A DNA stretch of 48,604 nt. Source: Patescibacteria group bacterium UBA3458. GTDB lineage: Bacteria > Patescibacteriota > Minisyncoccia > Phycocordibacterales > UBA2100. The notes under the pieces were generated by a model. The model worked only from the letters and a program-made list of their open reading frames with translations, searched no databases and was not told the origin of the DNA. The stretch covers positions 43,581 through 92,184 of the forward strand of contig DFRR01000005.1 in NCBI GenBank assembly GCA_002378745.1, given 5' to 3'. Position 1 is the stretch's first letter. Every line of letters starts with the position of its first letter. This document shows, piece after piece, positions 23,398 to 33,810 of the stretch. A program made the translations under genes and the position numbers.

Positions 23398-25611
23398 TTA
23401 TCGTAGCTGTTCTATTTCTTGCAGAGCCTGTTGGAGCATAGCGCTCATTTGCGGGTAGTTTTGCTCAAGATAGTATATTTCGTTGGTTGCGTCCTCCAGT
23501 CGGTCAAGCTGTGCGTAGACGCGTACAAGTGCGAAGAATTCGTCGGTGCTGATTTCGCCCCCCTGCTCTTGTTTGTGCGTAACGCCAAGCTCCCACGCTT
23601 GCCGTGCGTAGCTCGTTGCATTTGTGCGCACGAACGCAGCCAGAACGTTTGGTTCAAGTGCCTGCTCAGGAGCCTCAGTGACTACTTCGAATGCCTCTTG
23701 CGACATGCCCGCTCTTAGCAAGATGTGGATGTACGTAGCTCGTGCGTTGCCGTTTGACTCTTCAAGCTCGAGTGCCTGCTTTGCATATTTCACAGCTTGG
23801 TTTGTGTCCCCTGCGTTTGAGGCGGCTACTGCAAGTGGTACGAGAATGCCTTGTTTGGTTGGGCTGAGTTTAAGTGCCTCAAGAAACTCGTCTTGCGCCG
23901 CTTTGTAATTCCCCACCTTGTGATGCAATGCACCAAGCAAGAATGGAAAGCGCGCATCTTCGGGCGCGATCGCTTTTTGTGCTTCAAGCTCCTGCGCAGC
24001 AGCTGCGTACCATTCGTTTCGCTTCTCGGTTGGCATCCACGCTGCAACCGCAAGTGTGCCAGCTGCTTCGCCCCATTGCTCTCGCACTTCTTGTGTACCG
24101 AAAGAGCCTACAGCAACTGCCTTTTGAAACAGTGCAAAGGCGACGTCAGCGCTTGCAATTGCTGTTGTCGTGTCGCCGTTTTCAGCATACGCAGGTGCTG
24201 CGTATGCTGCTCGTAGTGCATCTAAGAGGTTCCTTGAAACAGTGAGTGGAACTATGTTTGCTGTCCATACAACTAGGGTCAAGAGTATTGCTAGTATAGG
24301 CATCCCAACGTATGCAACGACTGTACGCGAAAGAGTGGGCGCCTCCCATCGCCGCAGGAACCACACATCGTCCGCCTGTGCATATACCCACGCGATAACA
24401 CTGAAGAATAGGATGTAGCTCACTACGTTATCGAACACGGTGAGGTTATGAAAACCATAGCCGGCAAGCATACCGAATATCAACCATTTTTGAATCGCAG
24501 TGAAATGAACTGTCTGGTAGAGCGTCAGCAGCAACGTGATGAACACGAGGGCATACGAAAGTAACCCTAAGAATCCCGACGTTGCAAGTAATTCAAAGAC
24601 AATGTTGTGTGTTCTGTCAAACCACGGTTCCTGCGCATACATCCTCGGGTCATAATATTTGTTGAACACGAGGTTAAAGTTTTCCTGCCCCCAGCCAAGG
24701 AGAGGTTTCTCCTTCACGCCCTGCCACGCGATGCTCCATACTACCGTTCGGGAGTAGACTGTGTTTTCAGAAAAAGAAAGGTTCGTGAGGCGGTGGAGTG
24801 TGGGTTGCCCTTGAATAAGGGCTGTGTCGCGTGCTGCCCATAAGCCACCTACCATTACCAGTAACGCAATCAGGGTGATCCCGGCAAACACACGCACGCG
24901 CTTCACGTGACGCAGTGAAAATACTATACCAGTTAGTGCGAGCAAGAGACCGATGACGAGCCCAAGCGTTGCACCACGTGTTGCAGTGAGAAACAGTGTG
25001 GTGAACAGGAATGGCAGTATCGCCACATATGCAAGCCGCTCCCCTCGTGTGACGTCACGCCGTACTAGCAATATGAGTGCAATAAAAATATGAAAGAATG
25101 CATATATTGCAAGGTAAATCGGGTTGCCGAGAGTCGAAGCAATACGTGACGCCCCCGTATCTAGAAACTCCGCAAGTGCATGTAGCGACACAAAGGAAGC
25201 AACAACGAGTGATGTCCTCCAGAGCCACAACCACGCCGTATCGGTGGCGAGTACCGTACCGGCGACAATAGTATACGCAAAGAGGTGTAGTATGGTGACG
25301 AAGCCATCCATGCGTTCAAAATTGCTCCAAAAGCTCTTGTATGGATTTTCGCCAAGTGTTGCCGCAAGTGCCAATATACCGACGAATGCAGTGACTGAAA
25401 GTAGCAGTGCCGTCCAACGCGGCCGATACTGTGCATTGAGTAGTGCGAGCAACACCCACGCTGCCACAATAATCTCTACCAATATGCGAAATGCGATGTT
25501 TTTGCCAACGATGTATGGAAAAAAGAGGTTATCGACGACCAGTAAGACCACTAAAGGAAGCGCAAACACCCCCAGAAAGACGACTCCGCGCAATAATGCT
25601 TCCATATTCAT
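23398..25611 (-). CDS. Wzy_C (O-antigen ligase/polymerase/O-oligosaccharyltransferase superfamily) membrane protein with C-terminal TPR domain
   Basis: 737 aa with about 11-12 hydrophobic helices. The Wzy_C-type segment is [21 protein letters not shown]. The C-terminal ~250 aa are TPR-like ([20 protein letters not shown]..., [17 protein letters not shown]...). Confidence 0.8.
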   Translation of the reverse strand: MNMEALLRGVVFLGVFALPLVVLLVVDNLFFPYIVGKNIAFRILVEIIVAAWVLLALLNAQYRPRWTALLLSVTAFVGILALAATLGENPYKSFWSNFERMDGFVTILHLFAYTIVAGTVLATDTAWLWLWRTSLVVASFVSLHALAEFLDTGASRIASTLGNPIYLAIYAFFHIFIALILLVRRDVTRGERLAYVAILPFLFTTLFLTATRGATLGLVIGLLLALTGIVFSLRHVKRVRVFAGITLIALLVMVGGLWAARDTALIQGQPTLHRLTNLSFSENTVYSRTVVWSIAWQGVKEKPLLGWGQENFNLVFNKYYDPRMYAQEPWFDRTHNIVFELLATSGFLGLLSYALVFITLLLTLYQTVHFTAIQKWLIFGMLAGYGFHNLTVFDNVVSYILFFSVIAWVYAQADDVWFLRRWEAPTLSRTVVAYVGMPILAILLTLVVWTANIVPLTVSRNLLDALRAAYAAPAYAENGDTTTAIASADVAFALFQKAVAVGSFGTQEVREQWGEAAGTLAVAAWMPTEKRNEWYAAAAQELEAQKAIAPEDARFPFLLGALHHKVGNYKAAQDEFLEALKLSPTKQGILVPLAVAASNAGDTNQAVKYAKQALELEESNGNARATYIHILLRAGMSQEAFEVVTEAPEQALEPNVLAAFVRTNATSYARQAWELGVTHKQEQGGEISTDEFFALVRVYAQLDRLEDATNEIYYLEQNYPQMSAMLQQALQEIEQLR

Positions 25612-25619
25612 TACTGCGG

Positions 25620-25625
25620 ATTATA
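25620..25625 (-). promoter_or_regulatory. TATAAT box 8 nt upstream of ATG; candidate leaderless promoter
   Basis: The minus strand reads gcTATAATccgcagtaATG. Confidence 0.4.
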
Positions 25626-25655
25626 GCAAACGGATGTATGGATGCTACCATGGTG

Positions 25656-25661
25656 TATACT
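25656..25661 (+). promoter_or_regulatory. TATACT box 9 nt upstream of the gmd ATG
   Basis: ggtgTATACTaaccaccatATG. It is divergent from the Wzy_C-TPR promoter in a 59-bp spacer. Confidence 0.4.
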
Positions 25662-25670
25662 AACCACCAT

Positions 25671-26729
25671 ATGAAAAAGGCATTGGTAACAGGTATCACG
25701 GGTCAGGACGGTTCATACCTTGCAGAGCTCCTCCTTGAAAAGGGGTACGAAGTGCATGGTGTTCAACGACCATCCAGCTCCATACGCACGGCACGTATCA
25801 ACCACTTATTCAATGACCCGGAGATACACGACCGTAAACTTTTTTTACATCATGGTGACCTTACTGATACAACAAACATTTCAAGCTTGATTCGTGATAT
25901 CGAGCCAGACGAAGTGTACAACCTAGCAGCTCAAAGCCACGTACGTATTTCGTTTGACTTACCGGAGCTGACTGCCGAAACTGACGCTCTCGGCACTCTG
26001 ACAATTCTGGAGTCTATACGCAAACAAGGCTTAACGCACAAAACAAAATTTTATCAGGCTTCGACTTCGGAACTATATGGGAAGGTGCAGGAAATTCCAC
26101 AAACCGAAAATACACCCTTTTATCCCCGCAGTCCGTATGGTGTTGCCAAACTATACAGCTTCTGGATTATTAAAAACTATCGCGAAGCGTACGATATGTA
26201 CGCATGCAATGGCATTCTCTTCAACCATGAAAGCGAACGGCGTGGATACAACTTCGTGACGCGGAAAATCACCATTGGTTTATCTAAGATTAAGCTTGGG
26301 CAACAGACGTTGTTAGAACTTGGAAATCTCGATGCTAAGCGAGATTGGGGGTACGCTAAAGAGTATGTGGAGGCAATGTGGCTGATGCTTCAACAGGAAA
26401 AGCCTGAGGACTTTGTGATTGCAACCGGTCAAACACACAGTGTGCGGGAATTTATTGAAGCAGCCTGTGAGGAGCTCGATATCGAACTTGAGTGGCACGG
26501 TGAAGGAGTTGATGAGATTGGTATCGATAAAAAAACTGGTAAACCAATCATAAAAATCAACCCCCGCTACTTCCGTCCAACAGAGGTTGATGTATTGCTC
26601 GGCGATCCGAGTAAAGCAAAGGAGAAACTTGGGTGGGAAGCAAAGACCAAATTTGCAGAACTCGCCAAACTAATGGTCAAGGCTGATTTTGAATTAATGC
26701 AGAAAACTAACGGTGAGTTTTGGTATTAA
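25671..26729 (+). CDS. gmd: GDP-mannose 4,6-dehydratase
   Basis: [30 protein letters not shown]... with YGVAKLY (YxxxK) and [11 protein letters not shown]. The track ORF start at 25491 was replaced by ATG 25671 because the 60-aa extension is non-homologous and overlaps the divergent gene. Confidence 0.95.
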   Translation: MKKALVTGITGQDGSYLAELLLEKGYEVHGVQRPSSSIRTARINHLFNDPEIHDRKLFLHHGDLTDTTNISSLIRDIEPDEVYNLAAQSHVRISFDLPELTAETDALGTLTILESIRKQGLTHKTKFYQASTSELYGKVQEIPQTENTPFYPRSPYGVAKLYSFWIIKNYREAYDMYACNGILFNHESERRGYNFVTRKITIGLSKIKLGQQTLLELGNLDAKRDWGYAKEYVEAMWLMLQQEKPEDFVIATGQTHSVREFIEAACEELDIELEWHGEGVDEIGIDKKTGKPIIKINPRYFRPTEVDVLLGDPSKAKEKLGWEAKTKFAELAKLMVKADFELMQKTNGEFWY

Positions 26730-26834
26730 AAGTAAGATCGTCTCGAATCGTTTTTCATCATTTAAGTCTGCGCTTAATAACCACTTCCTACCCCAACTTA
26801 CACTCTATAGCAACGGCACTCTAATCGACTAGTT

Positions 26835-27761
26835 ATGGATAAGCATGCAAAAATATACATAGCAGGACACCAAGGATTGGTTGGTTCGGCCATTGTCCGC
26901 AAACTGGCAACGGAGGGATATGCAAACATCCTTACCCGAACCCGGCAAGAACTAGATTTACTTAACCAACAAGCCGTGGCTGATTTCTTTGCGGCTGAAA
27001 AACCGGAGTATGTTTTTCTGGCTGCTGCCAAAGTGGGAGGCATTGTCGCCAATCGCGACTTCCCTGCCGACTTTATGTATCAAAATCTCCAAATTCAGAA
27101 TAATATTATTGAGAACTCGTACCGCAGTGGTGTAACCAAACTTCTCTTTCTCGGCTCTTCCTGTATTTACCCAAAACTTGCGCCCCAACCAATTACAGAA
27201 GAGTCTCTTCTGACGGGACCACTGGAGTCGACTAACGATGCGTATGCCGTTGCCAAAATTGCAGGCATTAAGATGTGCCAATCGTATAATAAGCAGTACG
27301 GCACAAACTTCATCAGCCTCATGCCAACGAACCTCTACGGTCCGAATGACAATTTTGACCTTGAGACCTCTCATGTTCTTCCTGCTTTGATTCGAAAATT
27401 TCACGAAGCGAGAGAGATGCATGCCCCCTCGGTCACACTCTGGGGTACCGGCTCACCAAAGCGTGAGTTCCTTCATGTTGACGATCTCGCCGACGCATCT
27501 GTATTCCTTATGAATAATTACGATGAATCCGATATCATTAACGTAGGTACCGGTGAAGACGTTACAATCAAAGAGCTTGCGGAACTAATACGAGAGACCG
27601 TTGGTTATACTGGGAGCATTGAGTGGGATTCCTCAAAGCCCGACGGGACGCCACGAAAATTACTCGATGTATCGCGTCTGCACAAACTGGGTTGGAAGCA
27701 TTCAATAGACCTTGAGAACGGAATTGGGAGCACGTACGACTGGTACTTTAAAAATTGGTAG
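26835..27761 (+). CDS. fcl: GDP-L-fucose synthase (GDP-4-keto-6-deoxymannose 3,5-epimerase/4-reductase)
   Basis: 308 aa. [15 protein letters not shown]..., [24 protein letters not shown] and NLYGPNDNF are characteristic of Fcl/WcaG. Confidence 0.92.
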   Translation: MDKHAKIYIAGHQGLVGSAIVRKLATEGYANILTRTRQELDLLNQQAVADFFAAEKPEYVFLAAAKVGGIVANRDFPADFMYQNLQIQNNIIENSYRSGVTKLLFLGSSCIYPKLAPQPITEESLLTGPLESTNDAYAVAKIAGIKMCQSYNKQYGTNFISLMPTNLYGPNDNFDLETSHVLPALIRKFHEAREMHAPSVTLWGTGSPKREFLHVDDLADASVFLMNNYDESDIINVGTGEDVTIKELAELIRETVGYTGSIEWDSSKPDGTPRKLLDVSRLHKLGWKHSIDLENGIGSTYDWYFKNW

Positions 27762-27792
27762 CGAACACTCTCGTTTCTGGTTTCGAAATTAT

Positions 27793-29121
27793 ATGTACGC
27801 ACACCTAAACGCTTTCGCTCGCCTTCTGTTGCCCAATTGGATTTACACACACTTTATTGGCGACTGGAATACGGGAGCATTCAAAAAGTACTCCTACAAC
27901 ACGGGCTGGGCACTGCTCACCAGAACTGTCAGTATAGTGCTGTCTTTTTTAGTTACCATTTACCTCATCCGATACCTTGGTCCAGAAAACTACGGGCAGC
28001 TTAGTTATGCTGTATCATTTGTGGGGGTTTTCTCTATCATTTCATCTCTTGGCTTAGATAACATACTGTACCGAGACCTCATTAAGTATCCAGACCAACG
28101 AAATCACTACCTTGGATCCGCTTTCATACTAAAGCTTGTAGCTGGAACGATTGCAGCAACTCTAACTATAGTCACCGCATTTTTCTTATCACAAGGCGAC
28201 GTATCACGAATGGTGATATTTATGCTCGCAACTACCTTTATATTTAATGCGTTTAATGTAATCGGATATGAGTTTCAAGCAAATGTTCAACAAAAGTATC
28301 CTTCACTGGTTTCTCTTGCAGTAGTTGTTATTTTAAACATACTAAAGATCTTGGTCATCTTGCTTGATAAGGGAGTCTTGTACATAGGGCTTGTTCTTCT
28401 TCTAGAAGCAATCCTCTACGCCGCACTGTTTATATATATACGCAGGAGATACTACGGAACCTTATTTGCATGGCGCTTTAAGATTTCAGTTGCTCAAAGT
28501 TTATTAAAAGATTCATGGCCCTTTATCTTTATTGCTGCTTTTACCACCATATACGTCCGCATTGATCAGATTATGTTGAAATATCTGTTAGATGCTTCTG
28601 CCGTTGGTCTGTATGATGCAGCAGTGCGAATCGCCGAAGTGTGGCTTTTCATTCCAGCAATTATTGTTTCCTCGCTCTTCCCAGCAATCATGAACGCGAG
28701 AGCATCTAGTATTCAGGAGTATAAACGAAGATTATTGATACTTTGCGTGTTGTTATGCACCTTCGCTGCCGTAGTCGCGATTGCCTCATCGCTACTTTCA
28801 AAACCTCTCATGAGGTTACTGTATGGGCCTGCGTTTTTGGCGAGTGCTGGGGTATTTTCTATCTATGTATGGTCGGGCATCTGGGCATCACTGGACATTG
28901 TTGTTCGTTATTTCCTTATCGCGGAGAATAAGCGAGTGCTCATATTTACCACATCGTTAGCTGCAGCGGTGATTAATATTCTATTAAACCTTATCCTCAT
29001 ACCGTATCTGGGTATATATGGAGCTGCCTGGTCTACTTTTATTTCCTACATGTTATTGGCCTTCCCGGTTGTGCTCATACTTATAATGCAGGAGAAAAAG
29101 CTTGGAGCCACTACTTCTTAA
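27793..29121 (+). CDS. wzx: Wzx-type oligosaccharide flippase (MOP superfamily)
   Basis: About 442 aa with more than 10 TM helices. The N-terminal region ...LLTRTVSIVLSFLVTIYLIRYLGPENYGQLSYAVSF... is typical of polysaccharide biosynthesis flippases. The start was set to ATG 27793 to avoid overlap with fcl. Confidence 0.75.
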   Translation: MYAHLNAFARLLLPNWIYTHFIGDWNTGAFKKYSYNTGWALLTRTVSIVLSFLVTIYLIRYLGPENYGQLSYAVSFVGVFSIISSLGLDNILYRDLIKYPDQRNHYLGSAFILKLVAGTIAATLTIVTAFFLSQGDVSRMVIFMLATTFIFNAFNVIGYEFQANVQQKYPSLVSLAVVVILNILKILVILLDKGVLYIGLVLLLEAILYAALFIYIRRRYYGTLFAWRFKISVAQSLLKDSWPFIFIAAFTTIYVRIDQIMLKYLLDASAVGLYDAAVRIAEVWLFIPAIIVSSLFPAIMNARASSIQEYKRRLLILCVLLCTFAAVVAIASSLLSKPLMRLLYGPAFLASAGVFSIYVWSGIWASLDIVVRYFLIAENKRVLIFTTSLAAAVINILLNLILIPYLGIYGAAWSTFISYMLLAFPVVLILIMQEKKLGATTS

Positions 29122-30037
29122 GTAACGCTCTCAGTTCACTTTCTATTATTTCTAGTGAGGTTCTTGTTGGGCGATAGCCGAGGCTCGAAAGCTTTTCCGA
29201 TTCAGAGTAGTAGGCAGTCTTTTGTCCCGTAGGACTTTCTACTCGCATGGAATCAATGAATTCATATACGAGCCCGAGCTGTTGACCTATATATTCTAGC
29301 AACTCTATTTTTGACACAGGTTTAGCACTCTGCATGTCAAATGCTTCGTTTTGAGGCTCTTGCTCGCACAAAAACTGCACCACGTGCCATACGTCGTGTG
29401 CAGTAATGTAATCGCGAACCATATTGGCTGGCGTCGTGTACAGCGTCGTCCCGTCTTGCAAACACTTTGCTATTTCAGAAACTAAAAAAGAGTCCTCCGT
29501 ATCCAGGAAACGACTTACGAATGCAAATACGCGCAAATCAATTATGGCTAATCTTTGGTCTGCACGATGCTTTACTTCCGACATAAGTTTAGCGACTGCA
29601 TAACTATTGTCATTTCGGAGATTAAAAATAGCGTTGGTTGTGTCGGTTATTGGTCCGTCGGCTGCCAGCCCGTAAACGGAGCCAGAACTGATATTAAATA
29701 CCCGCGCATCAGGATGTTTCTTTAGATACTCTGCTAATAAGGTATCCATTTCTTCGATTACAGAAAATACCAACGATGGATTCTCGGACAGTTTTTTGGG
29801 ACTACCGATTCCCGTTGCGTTAATAACAATATCGTATTCTCCACTTAGCAATGCTTTGTAGGGTAAGACCAGAGGTGCATGTATACTCTGCGCTCCCAGA
29901 AACGCTTTGGCCTGGATAACATTGCGCGAAAATGCAGCCACTTCAAAACTAAATTCTTTGGCACCCGCGAGTAATGATCGACCTATATAGCCAGTCGCTC
30001 CTAGCACCGCAACTTTTGGATTAGGTTGTCCCTTCAT
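29111..30037 (-). CDS. NAD(P)-dependent sugar epimerase/reductase (extended SDR)
   Basis: 308 aa with the Rossmann motif VAVLGATGYIGRSL and YAVAKLMSE (YxxxK). A 4-nt overlap with the upstream ThDP enzyme suggests coupling. Confidence 0.75.
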   Translation of the reverse strand: MKGQPNPKVAVLGATGYIGRSLLAGAKEFSFEVAAFSRNVIQAKAFLGAQSIHAPLVLPYKALLSGEYDIVINATGIGSPKKLSENPSLVFSVIEEMDTLLAEYLKKHPDARVFNISSGSVYGLAADGPITDTTNAIFNLRNDNSYAVAKLMSEVKHRADQRLAIIDLRVFAFVSRFLDTEDSFLVSEIAKCLQDGTTLYTTPANMVRDYITAHDVWHVVQFLCEQEPQNEAFDMQSAKPVSKIELLEYIGQQLGLVYEFIDSMRVESPTGQKTAYYSESEKLSSLGYRPTRTSLEIIESELRALLKK

Positions 30038-31836
30038 TTCGAATCTTTCTCATCAACAGGCTTAATTAAGAGGTTGTTGCGATATTCTTCGCGATCGAGA
30101 AACGGCATCATGTCCTCAAGCGGACGTGAGACCATAGTGCCATCTTCGCGCCTTACTGAAGCCACGGCAGGTACTACCGGCTCATTCTTTGGACACATCA
30201 CTTCTACTAGCGCCGCGCCTTTATAGGCCAGCACTTTTTTAAGGTCTTTTTCCAACGTGACGCTGTTCGAGAGTTTAAAATATTTTATCCCGTACGCACC
30301 GGCGATCTTTTCCAGGCTAGGGATTGATACTCCCGACTCCGGACCAGTACCAATTAGATGTCCTTCAAAGAATTTATTTTGAGTTGCCCTAATCGAGAGA
30401 TAACCGCTGTTATTTAATACGAAGGTCTTAACGGGGAGCTTATTATGCACAATTGTCTGTAATTCCTGGATGTTTAGCTGCAGCGAACCATCGCCGGTAA
30501 TCCCATATACTTCTCCACCTTTGGCAACTGCCGCGCCAATACTAGCCGGCACAGTAAAACCCATATCTGCTTGGCCACCGCTGGTTAGGTAACGTTGCTT
30601 CTTCTTTATGTTTACTGCCATAGTAGTGACATAAAACGAAGACCCGGCATCAGAAACAACTACGCCGTCCGCAGGCATGAGTCGACTCAGCGTATCAATC
30701 AGGTTGAACATACTGATTTTGCCCTTGAGCGTCCGATACGCTGGTAAACAGACAGGGTACTTCTTTTTCCATTCGCGACATTGTTTCAACCAAAAACGTA
30801 CATCGGGCATCTGTTTTGGTTGAAAACGTGTAATGAATTCTTTTGCGTCGGCATTGATGAAAAGGTCAATCTTTATTGTTGGCTTCTTGTGCTCTACAGG
30901 GTCAATGTCAATCACAATTTTCTTTGCCTCACGTGCGAATAACTCATACTCGTATCCGATTGCCGTTACACTCAAACGTGTTCCAATCGCGATGATTAGA
31001 TCGGCGTTTTGCATCGCTAGGTTGCCCGACCGACTTGCCTTTGTTCCAATTACACCAATATAATTCGAGTGGTCGGTCGGCAAGTTTGATACTCCAAGGT
31101 ACGGAGCAACTACTGGGATTTTGTATTTCTCAACGAACTTCTTGAACTCGGGAAGCGCACCTGCGAGTCGCAGACCTTGCCCGCCAATGATAACTGGTCG
31201 CTTGGCTTCTTTCAGCATCTTTTCAAGAGCGGATAACTCGCGCTTAGTCGGTACTTTTTTGTATTCTTTTTTCAACTCTTTTGGGTCGAACTTTTTTTGC
31301 TTTGTACTGTCAAAAAAAGCACCTTGTACATCCATTGGAATATCGATCCATACCGGGCCTGGACGCCCTGTCTTTGCAAGATATAAAGCTTTCTCAATAT
31401 GGTATGCAACCTCGTGTGGATCGTTGAGCATTACAGCATACTTGGTGAGTGACTTTACAATTGGAATGATGTCGGCTTCTTGCGTACCGATTTGCCGCAA
31501 CGGAATATCTGAATTATGTGTAGTTTCTTTACGCTTAACTTGCCCGGAAACAAAGACGCACGGAACACTATCTTGCCATGCGTCGAGCAAACCTGTTATT
31601 GCGTTTGTCGCTCCACAACCTGTGCTCGTATACGCAACTCCTATACCGCCCGTATACTTAGCGTACCCGACAGCGGCCATCGCACTCGCCTGTTCATGGT
31701 GATTACAAACTGCCTTAAGTTTCGGATGCACATATACACTGTCAGAAAGAAACATCATACCACCGCCAGTCAACATAAAAATGTCTTTAGCGCCTTCTCT
31801 GTAAAGACGATCTGTAATGTAATCAACGACTCGCAT
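30034..31836 (-). CDS. Thiamine-diphosphate-dependent enzyme, acetolactate-synthase-large-subunit-like (YerE-like candidate)
   Basis: 600 aa. The ThDP motif is GDGSLQLNIQELQTIVHNKLPVKTFVLNNSGY (GDG-x24-NN). The N-terminal Pyr domain is FMLTGGGMMFLSD...NHHEQASAMAAVGYAK. Confidence 0.85.
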   Translation of the reverse strand: MRVVDYITDRLYREGAKDIFMLTGGGMMFLSDSVYVHPKLKAVCNHHEQASAMAAVGYAKYTGGIGVAYTSTGCGATNAITGLLDAWQDSVPCVFVSGQVKRKETTHNSDIPLRQIGTQEADIIPIVKSLTKYAVMLNDPHEVAYHIEKALYLAKTGRPGPVWIDIPMDVQGAFFDSTKQKKFDPKELKKEYKKVPTKRELSALEKMLKEAKRPVIIGGQGLRLAGALPEFKKFVEKYKIPVVAPYLGVSNLPTDHSNYIGVIGTKASRSGNLAMQNADLIIAIGTRLSVTAIGYEYELFAREAKKIVIDIDPVEHKKPTIKIDLFINADAKEFITRFQPKQMPDVRFWLKQCREWKKKYPVCLPAYRTLKGKISMFNLIDTLSRLMPADGVVVSDAGSSFYVTTMAVNIKKKQRYLTSGGQADMGFTVPASIGAAVAKGGEVYGITGDGSLQLNIQELQTIVHNKLPVKTFVLNNSGYLSIRATQNKFFEGHLIGTGPESGVSIPSLEKIAGAYGIKYFKLSNSVTLEKDLKKVLAYKGAALVEVMCPKNEPVVPAVASVRREDGTMVSRPLEDMMPFLDREEYRNNLLIKPVDEKDSK

Positions 31837-31838
31837 AC

Positions 31839-33020
31839 CTATCGTTCGGTTAACGCTGCTCTTAATCTGTCTATTCCTTTTTGTATATCCTCCCGCGAAC
31901 TAACTACGCACATACGAATATAGCCTTCGCCATAATTTCCGAAGTTGGTACCCGGCAACACTGCAACACCAGCTTCTTCAAGTGCAAAGTCAGTAAATTC
32001 TTCGCTGGTCATACCTGTATCACGAATGCTCGGGAACACGTAGATGGCACCACTTGGTGGCAAACATCTAATGCCCGGGATCGAATTTAATCCATCGACT
32101 AACACTTGCATACGCATTTTATATTCATCGGCCATAGCGTTAACTGCACTCTGATCGCCTGAAATTGCCTCAATTGCAGCATACTGAATAAATGGGGGCA
32201 CACAAGAGGAGGTTGTTTGTAGGAGCAAGTCCATCTTTGCGATCACGTCAGCCGGACCAACCAGTGCACCGATACGCCAACCGGTCATTGCAAATGCCTT
32301 GCTAAAGCCATTTGCAATGATAGTACGCTCTTTGCAGTGATCCAAAAATGAAGGGCTGCTAAAGTATACCCCTTCGGCAAAATACATTCTTGAATAAATT
32401 TCGTCACTATATAGATATACATCATGGTCTTTCGCGATTTTTGCAATTTCTACAACCTCCTCTTTAGTCATTACGGAACCTGTTGGATTTTGTGGGGAGT
32501 TAATGATAATCATTCTCGTTTTTGGTGTTATTGCCGCCCGCACGTCATCTGGGTTCATACGAAATGCATTCTCCTCCTTTAGAGGTACACGGACTGCAGT
32601 GACCCCACACGCTTTTAAGACCGAGTAGTAGGTTGGAAATCCGGGATCAGGAACAATAACTTCGTCTCCAGGTTCAACTAGACAGCGAACTGCATAGTAG
32701 ATACCTATGTTAGCACCAGGCACGATTAGTACTTGGTTTAAATCGGGTAAAAACTTGCGCGAGCGTGCCGTAGTGGCACGAACAGACTCGCGTAACTCTT
32801 TAATGCCAGTCGAAGGTGCATAGTGTGTCTTTCCTTCACGAAGTGCTTTCACGCCAGCATCTGTGATGTTTTTTGGGGTTTCAAAATCGGGATCACCAAT
32901 TTCAAAATGAATGATATCTTTCCCCTCCTTTTGCATCTCCTGTACTTTAGCAAGCACTTTGAACATTGGTTGTCCGTCAATGGTATTGGCAAATTTTGTT
33001 AATCGGTATTTCATATACAT
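31839..33020 (-). CDS. Class I/II PLP-dependent aminotransferase (AspC-like)
   Basis: 393 aa. The NGFSKAFAMTGWRIG lysine motif and INSPQNPTG are typical of fold-type I class-I aminotransferases. Confidence 0.85.
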   Translation of the reverse strand: MYMKYRLTKFANTIDGQPMFKVLAKVQEMQKEGKDIIHFEIGDPDFETPKNITDAGVKALREGKTHYAPSTGIKELRESVRATTARSRKFLPDLNQVLIVPGANIGIYYAVRCLVEPGDEVIVPDPGFPTYYSVLKACGVTAVRVPLKEENAFRMNPDDVRAAITPKTRMIIINSPQNPTGSVMTKEEVVEIAKIAKDHDVYLYSDEIYSRMYFAEGVYFSSPSFLDHCKERTIIANGFSKAFAMTGWRIGALVGPADVIAKMDLLLQTTSSCVPPFIQYAAIEAISGDQSAVNAMADEYKMRMQVLVDGLNSIPGIRCLPPSGAIYVFPSIRDTGMTSEEFTDFALEEAGVAVLPGTNFGNYGEGYIRMCVVSSREDIQKGIDRLRAALTER

Positions 33021-33036
33021 TCACGATGGAAATTAG

Positions 33037-33807
33037 CTACCACAGTTTCCATGGGGGTTTTCCATTACTCCACATTTCTTCCAACTTATGCTTATCGCTG
33101 AGAGTGTCCATCGGGTGCCAGAAACCGTCGTGAGAATACGACGACAATCCACCTTCGTGGGCCAGGTTTTTAAGCGGGGCTTGTTCAAGTACCGTGGCAT
33201 CCCCTTCTTCTAGCGAATCGAAAATCTGTGGCTCAAACACAAAAAAGCCAGCACTAATGCGTTTTTGATTATCTGTCTTCTCGCTAAAGTTTGTTACTGC
33301 ATTGCTTTCTCCGACCTCAACGACGCCAAATCTTCCGTCTGGGATAACTGTGGTTACTGTGGCTATACGTCCGTTTTCTTTGTGGTGCGCCAGAAGCTTG
33401 TTCACATTGATGTCTCCCACGCCATCACCATACGTCATCATAAACGCCTCATTCCCGATATGCTCCCGCACCCGCAGCAAGCGTCCGCCAGTCATGGTTG
33501 TTAATCCTGTATCAATCAGCGTAACTTTCCATGGCTCAGGTGCCGGAGTATGCATTTCTATCGAACCTGTAGTGAAATCAAAAGTGACGTTACTTGTGTA
33601 TAAATGATATCGAGAGAACCACTCTTTGATGAATTCGCCTCTATACCCCAAACAGATAACAAACTCATTGAATCCATAGTGGGAATAGATTTTCATAATA
33701 TGCCACAACATTGGCATACCACCGACTTCTACCATTGGTTTAGGTCGCACATGCGTTTCCTCCGCCAAGCGTGTCCCCAATCCTCCAGCTAGTATTACTA
33801 CTTTCAT
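33037..33807 (-). CDS. rfbF: Glucose-1-phosphate cytidylyltransferase
   Basis: MKVVILAGGLGTRLAEETHVRPKPMVEVGGMPMLWHIMKIYSHYGFNEFVICLGYRG is a near-canonical RfbF/DdhA N-terminus. 256 aa. Confidence 0.92.
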   Translation of the reverse strand: MKVVILAGGLGTRLAEETHVRPKPMVEVGGMPMLWHIMKIYSHYGFNEFVICLGYRGEFIKEWFSRYHLYTSNVTFDFTTGSIEMHTPAPEPWKVTLIDTGLTTMTGGRLLRVREHIGNEAFMMTYGDGVGDINVNKLLAHHKENGRIATVTTVIPDGRFGVVEVGESNAVTNFSEKTDNQKRISAGFFVFEPQIFDSLEEGDATVLEQAPLKNLAHEGGLSSYSHDGFWHPMDTLSDKHKLEEMWSNGKPPWKLW

Positions 33808-33810
33808 AAT

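Noticed and set aside
25491-25670. The N-terminal 60-aa extension of gmd in the ORF track. Similar extensions occur on the 3-dehydratase (34967), rfbG (35010), obg (17596), wzx (27712), the GT11 gene (40976) and the GT2 gene (42242).
   Set aside because: The extensions precede the conserved N-terminal Rossmann or family motifs. They overlap neighbouring genes or promoters, and better-placed ATG codons exist.
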